A DNA stretch of 64,000 bases from Epithemia pelagica (taxonomy: Eukaryota; Protista; Bacillariophyta), in assembly GCA_946965045.2 (NCBI GenBank), contig OX337235.1, positions 744,001 through 808,000 on the forward strand. Direction: 5' to 3'. This document shows, in pieces, positions 21,567 through 33,979 of this stretch. The position numbers were made by a program, and so were the translations under genes. Position 1 is the stretch's first letter. The number at the start of each line of letters is the position of its first letter. The notes below the pieces were generated by a model. The model searched no databases and was not told the origin of the DNA. It saw nothing but the letters and a program-made list of their open reading frames with translations.

Positions 21567-22619
21567 ATGCCATCTTCACCACCATCTTCGCCGTATTGTG
21601 ATACGGTTTGCGTTAATCAAGTACCATATTTTGATTGGACATCAATGGATACCGTTAGGATTGGCTCCTTCATGGCAGTCCAACTACGAGAACAAGACGA
21701 TCCCCAAGCAATAACAATTGCTAGATTGGAAGAACGCTTGGTAGATGAAGAACAAGACCCTGATTTCGCTGCAACATCAATCCGGCTGCGACTATTCCTA
21801 CCATTGTTCCCTGTGAAACGATTGAGCTGGCATCCGTCTCCACCTTCCCATAATTACACCAAAATCGTACATGGATGTGGCTCGAGGAATGAAGAAGTGT
21901 ATGAATCCTCGGAGTTGCGATGGATTTCGGGTGAAAAGCCGGACAGTGAAATAAAGATACTCTTCCCAACCTATGTTTTCACACTAGAGGAGTTATCAAA
22001 GAGGGAAAACAGGTGGGCAGAAGGAATGCACAATGTGTACTTCGTGAGGTTTTGGAAGCATGTGATCTATTCTTATGTTGAAAAAACAAAGCGGCGACTT
22101 GAGCCTCTTCCAGCCAAGGTATCAATGAACTTCGTAAATAAACATCCGGATTGCCAGCGGTATGGTAATCTGATCATGCCCCGACGATGCATGCATCAGA
22201 ACATTTGGATGGGTTTATACAAATTGCGAAAGTTTGTACTTAAAATTGGAAGAAAGAGAGGAGATTCGAGAAGTTTGGAATCAGAGTTATCTTGGACGGT
22301 GGGATGCATTCCTCAGGAATGCATCCAATACATATACTCACTTGCAAACTTCTTGTCGCATTTCAGTTCTCATCCGGTCACTCTTCGTGATTCGTTCCAG
22401 AAAACAGGTTTGGTATTATTTAAACCCAGGATAAAGTTGTCCTATCAAGCGGGAGTCCTCAAGTTTGAAACACTTCAAGATATGTTGTTTGTTATATCGT
22501 TGTTTGGAGAACAAGTGAGTCATGGTCATGGTTCGGCACAAGAAGGTACTGACAATATTCGCAAACGATTGTATGAAACCATTGATGGCAAGGAACGAAA
22601 TGAGAATACAGAGAATTAG
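21567..22619 (+). CDS. Second accessory ORF of the CACTG element, about 350 aa, unknown function
   Basis: Open frame 21285-22619. The upstream part is (CA)n read-through; the first plausible ATG is 21567 (MPSSPPSS...). Composition is globular. Confidence 0.6.
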   Translation: MPSSPPSSPYCDTVCVNQVPYFDWTSMDTVRIGSFMAVQLREQDDPQAITIARLEERLVDEEQDPDFAATSIRLRLFLPLFPVKRLSWHPSPPSHNYTKIVHGCGSRNEEVYESSELRWISGEKPDSEIKILFPTYVFTLEELSKRENRWAEGMHNVYFVRFWKHVIYSYVEKTKRRLEPLPAKVSMNFVNKHPDCQRYGNLIMPRRCMHQNIWMGLYKLRKFVLKIGRKRGDSRSLESELSWTVGCIPQECIQYIYSLANFLSHFSSHPVTLRDSFQKTGLVLFKPRIKLSYQAGVLKFETLQDMLFVISLFGEQVSHGHGSAQEGTDNIRKRLYETIDGKERNENTEN

Positions 22620-22676
22620 GAAGGTGATAAATTATATAGTCGTAAAGTCAAGGATCATCTCTCGTGTCTCTCTATT

Positions 22677-22748
22677 AGAGAGAGACGATCGTCTCTCTCT
22701 CTCATCATCTCATCTCTCTCTCGTCGTCTCTCGTCTCTCTCTCTCTCG

Positions 22749-22787
<39 letters not shown>
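22677..22787. repeat. 24-bp perfect palindrome followed by a CT-rich tract and a (GT)n microsatellite
   Basis: AGAGAGAGACGATCGTCTCTCTCT at 22677-22700; (GT)n at about 22751-22787. Confidence 0.85.
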
Positions 22788-22788
<1 letters not shown>

Positions 22789-22879
22789 TGTCTCGTGTCT
22801 GTCTCACTAAACAGTTGGAAGTGAACTGGGTAAATGTGATGGTCGCAGAAAATTTTTAATTGGTTGAGTGGAACTAAAT

Positions 22880-23101
22880 AAAAGTTTATTCGGTTGATGT
22901 TTATTGGTTAAGATTTTATTTGGTATAGAAAATTGAATAAGATTTTATTCAGTTGAGGAAAAATTGATTTGTCATTAGCCAGTTGACATAATCGATTAGG
23001 GAGAGGTGTGAGGGGAACTGAAGTTATTCAGTTGTGATTCGATTGAATAGATGTTATTTGGTTGGACATTTTGTTATTCAGTGTGGATTTGATTTGCAGT
23101 G
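22880..23101. repeat. Right subterminal TTATTCAGTTG repeats and TIR
   Basis: Copies near 22885, 22946, 23024 and 23073. Confidence 0.8.
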
Positions 23102-24038
23102 CACTGCCCACACACCACACCTTGCAGCTGCGCCCGCGGACGGGATCTTTTTCTCGTTGTGTGTTTCGTGGTTGGGGCAACGGTTCGTCTGTTCCCGTCC
23201 GACAATGGATCGCGATCGTACACCTTAGCTTTGTCAGAGGATATACAGATATACTTGTTTTTAGATGATAGTTGCATCTCTGGAGTGTAAAAAGGAGTCG
23301 CTCCTATCACACGTCACCACGGCATGTCCTCACAATATGGGCGGCTCCTGCCAACTGCCACGCACCTATGGCAGCTACAGAGCTCAATAGCTATATGCAA
23401 TGGAGAACGACAATCTCCTGCAGGTTGTTGGGTAAAGTCTGGAAATCGGTTGTCTCCAACAATAGGCATCCATACACTGAAAAGAAACACAGTGGGAGAA
23501 CAGTTTGAGGAGCCTGGTAGTCCGTCCAGAGAAGAGCATCGTCTTTGTACTGTGGTTCTCGGCTGTGCGTATGGCCTCATCGACAGCTCGAAGACAGCAT
23601 CTATTTCAAAAGCTCTCAAGGGGCTCTACTAGAGTAGAAAGCATAGGACAAGAGAGGCCACGTCTCCCCTCACTGTCTGTTGGAAAGCAGTCGTTTTCGA
23701 CACCCGCTGTCTCTTCTCGAATCCTGTCCTTCCGATTGATGGCGACACGAAAAGGGGGTTTTCCAATACGATGACTACTACTAAATTCTCTAGTTCCACG
23801 CAAGCATCCTTGTTTGGAATCATTTCATACAAAGTCTCCATAGCCTCCTTTGGTATGCTCGACAAAACATGTATATGTATGTGCGTCTCGACTCCCGATT
23901 GCCATTCGTTCCAATCTTTTAAAAAAGCATTCTTTTTCGTTTCGATTTGGTTTCTCACAAGTCTCCTTGTAGTAGCACTTGGGGTGTACGGTCTCTCGGT
24001 TGTGGTCCAAGATATATGCTACAGGAAAGAGGGACCTC

Positions 24039-25323
24039 TTATCGTCGAATCCACGATTGATTCCAAGGCCGGTCTCCACCTCCTCCTTGTGACGGTGGAG
24101 GCGGTGGCGGCGGTTCTTGGTATTGCGGAGGGGGTGGTTCTGCGTGATATTGCGGAGGTGAGGGGTCTTGGTATTGCGGAGGGGGTGGTGGTGGTGGCTG
24201 ATAGTACGACGACGAAGGCGGTTCGAGTAGTTGTGGCGGTTGCGGTGGAGCTGGCACGGCCGCAACCGTAGCCACGGACGAAAAAGCCACTGGATCGTCA
24301 TCCTGGTCCTCGGTGGGTTCGACATTGTCAATCATGCTAAAGTATCCCAAACTCCGATCGGTAAAGGAATCATCCAAATCATGAATGGATCCTTCAATCA
24401 TCAACAAGGAACTGCCAATCCTTTGAATGGGTCCCACCAATCGACGTTGGACGGTAAAGGTAAATTGTCCCATATCCGTCCCGGCTTGTTTTTCGCGTCC
24501 GGCATCGTACACGCGTTGCAATTCCACCTGCAAGGTCCCCGGACTATTCGTCGTACCAAACGCAGTATCGGGTACCACCTTCCAAGTTCCCGTGGCCGAC
24601 ACGCAGGGAGGACCATTGGTTTCGCCCACCACCACGGTCGAATCGGCCCGTAAGACCAATTCGGTCGTACAGGATTCCTTATCTTCCATTTCTTCCAATT
24701 GAAATCCTCGTTCCGTGGCACCATTTTCCAACAAGTCAAAGACCGGCGCCGAGGCGGGTGGTGGTGATGATATGGATGGCAGTGGCGGACTCAAACTGCT
24801 GCTGCTGCTGGTATCCACCGGTGGTGGTGGGGATGGTGGTGTGTACCCATTCATGTAGTTGTTGGGATTGGGCGACGACAACGAATCAAAGTAGGAAGCG
24901 GTGGTCGATGACAAGCGCCATGATGCAAATTTCTGAAAGAGTTCCAACGATCGAAAGATTGAGAGAAACGCGCAATACACCATTCTTATTTGAGAGGGGC
25001 TCTCTCTACAGTTTGTGATCACCAGAGACGAACATTTTTCGTCGCCACACAATCAAACAACAGAAACGTACCTGCGTGGTGGCCATGGTGGAAGCAATGC
25101 CTTGATTAGGGTCTCGTAATCGCATGACACCAAACGGTTCGCCTCGACGACGATTCCGAACAACCAGGTTGTCCGCCGTAGAAAAGGCCATGACCAACGA
25201 ATGGGGATGATTCCCCGACACGATCATCAAGAGTCCCCAAAGCAACATGTTCCTTCGTGTACTGGAAGAACCACCATCCAAAGGTCTACTGGAGCGTGAA
25301 TTCATGCTGTCCGTGAGCCTCAT
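24039..25323 (-). CDS. Two-exon host gene: putative plastid-targeted protein of unknown function with a Pro-rich C-terminus
   Basis: Phase-0 intron 24933-25071 (CAG|GTACGT...TTTCAG|AAA). Signal-peptide-like MLLWGLLMIVSGNHPHSLVMA-F from ATG 25248; (PPPPQYQ)-like repeats. Confidence 0.7.
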
Positions 25324-25553
25324 GGTGTCCCTTTCTTTTGTGGACGACAACAACAGGACAATAGCCAAGAGATCTATCGATCCGAATCTTTGCCATCAAC
25401 AGAAGAAAAACAGAAGCAAAGCGTTCTGAGATGTGTCACTGCGACATATTTTAAGGCGATCCAAAGGCGTTGAAAGGCGACCGCATTTCCGCTTTTCGTT
25501 TACGCACTTGCACTTCCGGTTGGCATTTCTCCTTTGTTGGAGCGTTGTTGAAT

Positions 25554-26318
25554 TGAAATTGCCTTAAAAGCTGGTTCCGTCTCGGACGAGAGGCTGCCAA
25601 GAGATTTGCAATGACCTGTCGAGTCCGGACGAGAAGTCAGACAAAAGCCATAGCACAACCTAACCTAGTTAATCATTCCTTGAAGTAGATAGTGTTCCCA
25701 TTCCATAGCTAGAACCCCGAATTTCGATAATGGCTAATAGTACTCCTAGCTATCTAGTCAATAGAGAGACGAGTTGACCTGTCAAACAGGATATAGCGAG
25801 CAGGCACGGCAACTTGAAAACCGTTCAACGGAAAGACCAAATTCCGAGATCTGGCCCGAATTCCGAGATCGACCCGAATTCCGAGATCTGGCCCGAATTC
25901 CGAGATCGACCCGAATTCCGACAAAAGTATACTTTATTTCAGAGTGTAAACCCGAATTCCGAGATCTGGCCCGAATTCCGAGATCTGGCCCGAATTCCGA
26001 GATCGACCCGAATTCCGAGATCGACCCGAATTCCGAGATCGGGACCAGATTTCCGACATCAGGACCAAAATTAATTAGAGACACGTGCCATCCAACTGAC
26101 CGGCGCACTTTCTTACACTTAATCGGTTGTAGATATGCCCTGAGACCTGAATTCTGTCCTACGAGAACACGTTGCCTCCCCGAAATCTTGGATGATGTTT
26201 GGACGAACGACCTAGCCTTTTGGGACATTGACGCGACCTCTCTAGGACGAAAGGCTAGCTTGTTGATAATCTATCTGTAGTGCAATCCGAGACGGAACAA
26301 GCTTTTAAGGCAATTTCA
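25554..26318. mobile_element. Putative non-autonomous TIR element (MITE-like), 765 bp
   Basis: 33-bp inverted repeats at 25554-25586 and 26286-26318 with 1 mismatch; no coding capacity; no TSD seen. Confidence 0.6.
25841..26062 (+). repeat. Minisatellite of 18/19-bp units (CCGAATTCCGAGATCGAC / CCGAATTCCGAGATCTGGC)
   Basis: About ten units in two blocks separated by a roughly 30-bp spacer. Confidence 0.95.
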
Positions 26319-26513
26319 TTGCAAATCATCTTCCCCTTGAATCTCGTACCCCCCAGCGGGGGTGAGTCATGAGGATTAGTGATTCGATTCTGGTGTGCAA
26401 ACTCTTTCTCACCCCCACGGCGCGTCCCTTCCGCTCTCGACTTTGACACAAACCTCGCAACCACTCCGCGCATTCACCACGGCACTGGAGGTGAAGAGGC
26501 TCCTGCGACGCCC

Positions 26514-29500
26514 ATGTCGTCTTCCTCCTCGCATAAACGTCGTCGCTGGTCCCAACAAGACATAAGGAAGCTATACGGTTCGCAGGGAACGTCGGAATCC
26601 CACCCATCTCATTCTAGCGAGAGTGTAAAAGAGCCCAACAACAAGGGAATCGCCAAAGCTTCTACTGCTTCCAATACAAACGACAACCGCACCTCTGTTT
26701 CCCTTCCCTCGTCCCATTCTTCGCTCCCTTTTTCCACACCGAACGAAACCAAGAAGAAAAATCAGGAAGTAGCAAGGACAAGTCAAGATGAACCATCCAC
26801 ATTCTGTGGCAGCGCAACTGCAAGCGATTTGTCTACCATTCCGTCAACCGTCGATCCTTTGAAACAAGCCAGTCCGAACACCAGCCATGCTGCATCCTCG
26901 CTGATTCAACTGTCCAGTAGCCGTCCCAACCCTGAAACGGAAGCCGTAATAGCTTCATCCGCCACCACCAACCGAAGCAATAACGAACCATCTGTCCACA
27001 CCAGAATCTCCTCTTCTGTCTTCAATCTATGGCACCGGCGTGGGTCAGTTGGTCTAATCGAATTCGGAACTCAGTCATTGCCGCCCAAGAAGTTGAACTT
27101 ACTACCTGCCATCGAACGATCGGCAAGACCTGTTACAACGGCAACGGAAAACCAACAATTACCCGACAGAACGACGAACACAGAGGTCGACGAGGAGGAA
27201 ATCCCAACTTTGAATCCTCAAGACGACGTTTCCATATTGAATCCAACTCCATTGGAAGTCGCTATTCCTACAAATGCTCTGCCCGATCCCAACGAAGAAG
27301 AAGAAGAAGAAGAAGCCCAAACCAACGAAGCACCTGCATTTCGCCTAACCAAAGCTCCGCCTAAAGTGAGTGTTGCTACTGCTCAAAAGTCGTTGGTTAG
27401 CCACCAGCAACCTGTGAATCTGCGAGGCCATGTGAAAAACGTGACGGAAGGGGCCTTTCTCCTACAATTGCGTCGCATTGATCCTTTGCCGTGCAAGTAT
27501 CCAGGACGTTCGACCAAGCTGAACGCCCCATTAGTCGTTGTCACTGCAGAAGCAGACAAGCGTAAGCGAAACAAGTTATCGTTGGTTTCCAATAACTGTT
27601 CATTGATGATGCGTCGAGCCAAAAACTACACTTCTGGTGTATCCAGATCCCCAACTGGAACATCGAAACAAAAACGATTCGACAAAGAAGGACCGAGCAA
27701 GAAACGCAAACACCAAAACACTACATCTTCAGATCCCGACTCAAAGCCATCTGGTGGGAATCCTTCTTTGCAACTTGTTACATCCTTTGCATTGAGGACT
27801 CTTGTACTGGAAGACCTATGGTTTGTCCAAGAGGGTCTCCCAATCGTTCTCTTCTTCCATGACGAAAGCCTTCCTCCTCGGTACTCCAAGAAATGGCAGG
27901 AGATATGGGAGGAAAGTCTTCAATCGGACTACATCCCGTCTGTCCAATGCCAAGGACGAACCTACAAACAACTGGTTGGTTGGGTCCATGGCAACCCTGA
28001 CGTGAAGCACGTCACTGGTGACGGCAAGAGATATGAAAATATTGTTGAAGCATTGTCGGAGTTTCAACAACATGCACTCCAACTCAAGTTTCCAGTTATA
28101 TCTCCCTTTTTGGAATGGAACTTGACAATGCCGCCTAAACATTGTTTGCAGGAGAAGCTGGGGTGGTTTGAATATTTCCACTTTCCTCAGTCAATCTTCC
28201 TCCAAGCGGATTATCATCCAGAACGTCGATGGCAATCCATTTTCAAGATGTTGAAGGCTGACACAGATGATCGAGTGACATTGCTTCACCGCTTGATCCA
28301 GGAAACTCAGGGCGATCGATTCATGCTTTCGGAATTGAGGGGAATCTGGGAACGGTTGGCCCAGACTGCTCTGGCCACTAAAACAAAAGAAGAGAACGAG
28401 AAAGCCTTGGCCAAAGCCGTGGAGGAGGCAACTTCAACGACCTCGCAATTGAACCAACCTCTCATTGTGCCTGATGTCGTGGAAGCCTTCTGTTCTAAGG
28501 TGGACGCGACGCTTGTGGACCGACTAGAATCTTGTTTCGGACGATTCAATAATATATTTGATATGATCCTCTCTGAATACGAGACTCGTTGTCTTGTAAT
28601 GGAATTCGAAAGGGCATTACCACAGCAGTTCGAAGCCATCATGAGTTTTTGCGGCTACAACAAGAAGCTCCAGAGTGTACCAGCTAATGAGCGCGATTTC
28701 GTACGGCTCCGATACACTCTCGATGCCTTTTTCCAATTTGTAGTCCGATCACGAAACCACAACAACCATTTGTTGGTTCCTTTCGCAACCATATTTGCCC
28801 TTGCTCAATACGCATGTGGCCATCCCCTTTTTGCGACGCAGATTCCTGTCTGGTTTGGCATCTCGGTGTCCAAAAGAACAATGGAACGACGCATAGAGTC
28901 ATGGATGCAATCATATGACGAACGTCTTCGCAACTCTTTGAAGAATGTTACATTTCTAATGGGGGTGTTTGATAACCTTCAGGATGGGCGGGCACTGCAA
29001 TTTCAACAAGGTCAGAGTGCAATCTACACGCGTGTTACGGCACGTTTTATAATGCAAATGTACCTCGCCAAGTTTCCTGCCTGGGCTTATTCCTTCACCG
29101 AGCGCCCCATATTGACCTACATTGCTCAAGACATACCGGCCCCCTACCAGCTTCCTGCTCTTGAGTTTGTGAAACCAGGTAGCCTGTCGACCCTTATCAC
29201 CTCAATATTCCTTGGCCGATACCCCGTGGAGTGTGGTCCAGCGGGAAGTCCATTTGATTGCAGTGGTACGCGCGTTCGGCATTACCAACAATTATACAAG
29301 TGCTGCAGAGAATTGGGCACTGTAAAGCGATTTCTCTCCACCAAACGACGGGCTAATCGGATGGACGCAGACTACACTCTACAGCCATGGGAATTCCCAT
29401 ATAGTGGTGTCCGAGCGTCCATCAACAATGCTATGAACAAATTACGGAAACCAAAGGCAACAAACCTATTTGAACTCGCAAAACAATTTCCCAGTGTTAT

Positions 29501-31790
29501 GGTTCGAACGTGGAGGGGTGAGCCACCCGTTGCGGACTTGTTGATGTTGCCTGTCTCTGTCTTGGATGAGACAACGAAGGTAGGAGCCTCAGGCATCATC
29601 CTGGATTTTATGGTACTACACGGGTTGTTGATTTGGGACGTACAAGATGAGATGTACAAACCTGCCGACACCTGGGAGGACAAGTGGTTGTTCATTGTGG
29701 GGGATGGGTTGTCCATAGACAGACTCTTTCAATTTTTTGACGATGTGATGGCTATCACTGATGCAAAGTCGTCCTCCTTCCGAGCAGCCTACAAACAAGC
29801 CATCAGCATCAACCAAGTGCTGCATAGGGTCGTACCGATAAATGGCGATCTACACGTACGGTTCCACATGTTGGATTCCATATTTCGCTTGTTTTATGGA
29901 GGCTTTCTGCAATGCATCCAACACTGATTGCAGTGGAAGCGGATAAACGGTGGAGACGTGACGAAAAGTTACAGACAAGCCCATCGTTTAGCTGTGATTG
30001 CGTACGAAGAACTTGACAGATTAGTTATGGACGCTTTTGTGTTTTGGGAATGGAAGCAGGACAGAGTCGATATGTATCTTGATCATGGCCGAGAAGAGGA
30101 ACTTGCAACGGTCATTGCCAAGGAGTATCTGGCTTTCCTTGGAAGACAAGTGGCCGAAAGCAAGCACTGGTTGACCGTATTCTCATGCAATTTCCTGTTA
30201 ATCATGAGGAAGTACCTAATGTTCAAGGAGGCAGAACTACAAGGAGACGCACTGACTATGGAATGTATGGTAGTCGAATTTCTACCCATTTTCTACATTG
30301 CTAAGAAGACAAACTCGTTCAATACGCAGTTGCGTCTTATTGAACTGTACTACCAACGCCTTCCGCCACACATTCTACACCAAATACGTGTTAATCGAAC
30401 GAAACGACAGAAGACAACTCCCTGCGGCTATCCTAACGAAAGTGTCATAGACCAGATCATGGAAAGGCTCATGCCCTTTTTCAAGGGCATGAGCCATAAT
30501 GGGACTGAGGCGGCGTTTGTCCGAGTATCAAGAATGTTAACCGCTTGCCAGCGGTCTAAACATTTTGTGGAATTTTATACGAGGAACCGCGTGGATGGCG
30601 AATATGAATTGGCGGAAAGAAAAGCAGAATCGAACAAAGGAGGATCGGACGAAAGCAAGGAAGGCTCCCAACAAAGCAAGCCGCTGGCTATGGCAGACCC
30701 TGGGCAGCGGCATAAACGCACGACAAACCCTGTCAACGAAATAAACCGCATTCTCGTAACAGAGATCCTGACTTTGGCAGGGTGTCATGAGTTTGCACCA
30801 AAAGAGCTTGTCGAGGTGGACAAGGACCACTTCTGGCGTGTCTTAGATCGCACTTCCCTTCAAGTCCAAAAGAAAGTAAGGAGAAAGGGTGACGGTAAAG
30901 TCAAGGAGGATGCCACAGACCAGTACATCATCGTACAGGTTCATAACATGGTCGGCAAGGGTGGCGACGAAAGAGTTGAGAGTTCTGCCAAGGACGACGA
31001 ACCGAAGGATGACGAAACAAGAGACAGTAGCAGGTCGGGAAAGGACGACGACGATACATCAATTATAGACCTGGAACAAGAAATGCAAGACGAGCAAAGT
31101 AAACAGGACGATGATCTTTCATACTTTAGTGACTCCAGAGACTTGGCGATAAATGTTGAGCACGAGTATGACACAGGATTTGGTGGAGCACAACGAGATT
31201 CAGTGATCACAAGTGTCAGTGAATTGCCAGATGTTGGGGAAAGCGATCCAACGGAGGCAGTCGATGACGAAAATATTGATTCGGTGCGGATAGAAGAAAG
31301 GAATGACGAGACAGTGGACGAAGACGAGCCACTAACTGAAACACAAGTAGAAGACCTCGTAGCTGATTGCGTGGATGATGATGAAGAAGATGGAACCATC
31401 AATGACGACGGTACAGAGGAAGAAGGAGACAATGAGGATGAGAGAAAAGGGGACGTTAACAGTAGTGGTTTGCGAGAGAAGAACAGTGTAAAAGGTATGA
31501 AAACCGTAGAAATGAACCCATTGGCTACAAGAGACATCGTGGCTGTGGCACTAGAGGATATATCGGAAAAAAATGTCGTTACTGCCCGACAAAGAGATGT
31601 GGAACGGAAAGAGAGAGAAAATTTCTTCCTCCGTAATAGACTTTTTGAAAGACTGGAGGAAATGGAAGAGGAAGGCATGGACTTGAGTTGGAAGGAGGTG
31701 GATGACAGTGGCACCGACCAAGGCGAGCGCATGGACCGTGCTCTGCATTCATTTGAAAAGTATAAGAGCTTCTTTACAACTATCGGCTAA
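26514..31790 (+). pseudogene. Academ-type (DUF6589-like) transposase, about 1760 codons, with one in-frame TGA at 29925-29927
   Basis: ORFs 26379-29927 and 29928-31790 are contiguous in one frame. Motifs GVFDNLQ, IVGDGLSIDRL, GDLHVRFHML, QH*LQWKRI, DQIMER; acidic C-terminus. Confidence 0.8.
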
Positions 31791-31813
31791 ATTAAACTAG
31801 TTATGTTATGTAA

Positions 31814-33979
31814 TCATGTAGTGTCCAGAAATCGAAACCCTTTCCACGCCAAGTCGTCGTTTAGGCGTGGATTCCCATTCGAGCAGTAGCCGAGTTTGGC
31901 CTTTAGGACCAGTCCATCTACATCAGGTTCCAAGAGCCCGGCCGCAAAGCACTTTAGGATAACAGCTTTCGTCCTTTGCCAAACAGTCCGATTGTTCTTA
32001 AGGCCAAGGACGTCCTTAGCAAGTGGCTTTCTCGGTTTTCCATCGGCTCCTGGTATCTCAAAATCAATCATTGAATTTAGAAATACATCCTTATGGAGGA
32101 CCAATTTGGACGATGGGAGTTTGTTGGTGATGAAGACCGCAATGAAGAACGACCGCAGATGACCTTTATGGACTGGGGCGTCAAGAGGGGTTGATATACG
32201 TGGGACACGGCAACGTCAACAAACACCTCCACAGGTTTGCTGCAGGTCACAAACAGATTCGTGATGAGGATGTAACATAGACTGCTCCAGGGCATAATGG
32301 ACGCAAGTCCCATCATCAAGACAAACCAAACGAAGAACCTGGAGAGCATTTTGCCATTGTCGTTTAGCCAGCTCATCTTGTTGCAGCATTACGGATTCAG
32401 ATGTAGAATCGGGTTGCGCCGTTTCCAGAATAGTATTGTTTGGAGCTTCTTGGGTGGCTGCGTATTTTGGCAGTATGAAAATCCGTGTGAGCAAGGAAAC
32501 AAAGCTGTTGAGGGAAATGACCATACAAAATGACGAAGTTTCCGGCGTTGCTGTCGGTGACCGTCCACACCTCCCAGAGCACTGGAGAAGATCCTCAAGT
32601 GTTGGTGGGAATCCATGGAACAAAACTTTGTCCACCTCATGACAGTCCAGACCGGCGCTTGTTGTGGCAGCAGTAGCGAAATAAGCTGCGGGATCGAAGC
32701 GCAGTTCACGGCCGGAATGTGGACATGTAGCAACTAATGGCTGGCCAGCAAACAGTTCCGTGTTATGGAACTTTTGTTCTCTGTACATGTTTCCATGTAC
32801 AAGAACAATGTCTTTTTGAATCCCAAGTCGGTTCAATTCCATTCGAGCTTCCTGATGAAGATGCATAATGCCTTTGCGAGAGTTTGAATAAACGATAAGT
32901 TTCCGATTTCCGTTCGTCCGGCAGATTGATACAAGGTCAGCTTTGACGCGTCGAAGAGGAGAGTCCTTGAAGGTTATGTCGATAAAGATGTTTCGACGTT
33001 GCACCCCTGAATGCTGGAATGGCCAAAGAAAGTCGCTCTGTGGATTGAAAGATAAGCCTGTTAAAAGTTGTAGGTCATTCACCATGGACAGCGAAGCTGT
33101 GGCAGTCATGAAAAGTAGGGGGATAGGAATGACCGAAACGTTTTGGAGTTTATTGATAAAAGTGGATTGGAGGGCTCCAAACTCCTGCCGGAATTCAATC
33201 CCATGACCAGCGTAAAGATGGCATTCATCAATTGCTACAAGTCGTAAGGCCCCTCTTCGTGCACAGTTGACAAGAGTTTTCTGCCACGAAGGATCGTTTG
33301 CAATCTTCTGGGGAGAAGAAAACAACATCACTCTTGTGTTTGATGATGGGTTTTTTGCAAGGGACTCAAGGGCGTATCGCAATGTGAAGTTTACATTCCG
33401 GGAACGAACCACATCGAGGTTGAAGACGCGTACCCGGGACGAAAGTTCTTGCTTCGAAACAACTTGTAGTAGCTTCTCAGTTTGGTCAGCTGACAAACTG
33501 AGAAGCGGAACGATTGTTAACGTAATGCCCCCACAAAGGAATCCGCATACATCTCGAACCAACGATTTGCCGCCACCCGTTGACCGAACAAGAAGAAGAG
33601 GCCGAAGCGGGGACGATGGAGTGGGTATGGTATGGCGTTGCAGTACTTCAATGCAGGCTTCAAGTTGCCAAGGGCGAGTCGTCTTGCCATGCCAATCGGA
33701 AAATGCCTGGTGGATCGCAGTTTCGAGCCAATGGGAAGCTTCTGTTTGGTCGGTGGAGGTGCGTGGGAGGCTTGCGGATGGTTCGATCGAAAGGAGAGGT
33801 TGAATGAATGGATGAAAAGGATGGTCATCCGCTTCGTTGTTGCGTTGGTTCTTGGAGGTGGTATGCCGATCATGGAGAGACTCGCCGCGGCGGGGTTCGG
33901 AGGCAACCGCTGATCCAGGATGGTCCAGTGGGGTAAGGAAGACGCGTTGGTCATCTTGGGTCGAGTTGGGGACGTTCAT
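31814..33979 (-). pseudogene. RecQ-like superfamily 2 helicase with one in-frame TGA at 32216-32218
   Basis: RPWQLEA, STGGGKS, IDECH, TATA, IVYSNSR, TSAGLD, QCSGRCGR. The Cys cluster CGGVC*RC continues in frame into ORF 31814-32104. Confidence 0.88.

Larger units (their letters stand above)
13458..23101. mobile_element. Complete CACTG-terminated EnSpm/CACTA (CMC) DNA transposon, 9,644 bp
   Basis: Left end CACTGCAAATCGTATCCAAACTGATTAAC; right end reverse complement CACTGCAAATCAAATCCACACTGAATAAC. CA flanks both ends (13456-57, 23102-03). TATTCAGTTG subterminal repeats and a transposase ORF are present. Confidence 0.92.

Noticed and set aside
25841-26062. CRISPR-like array of short repeats
   Set aside because: The units are directly adjacent with no unique spacers, there are no cas genes, and the context is eukaryotic; it is a minisatellite.
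26379-26513. Shared LDFDTN...IHHG peptide at the N-termini of the transposase and helicase ORFs
   Set aside because: It is a translation of the inverted subterminal DNA blocks, not a protein domain.
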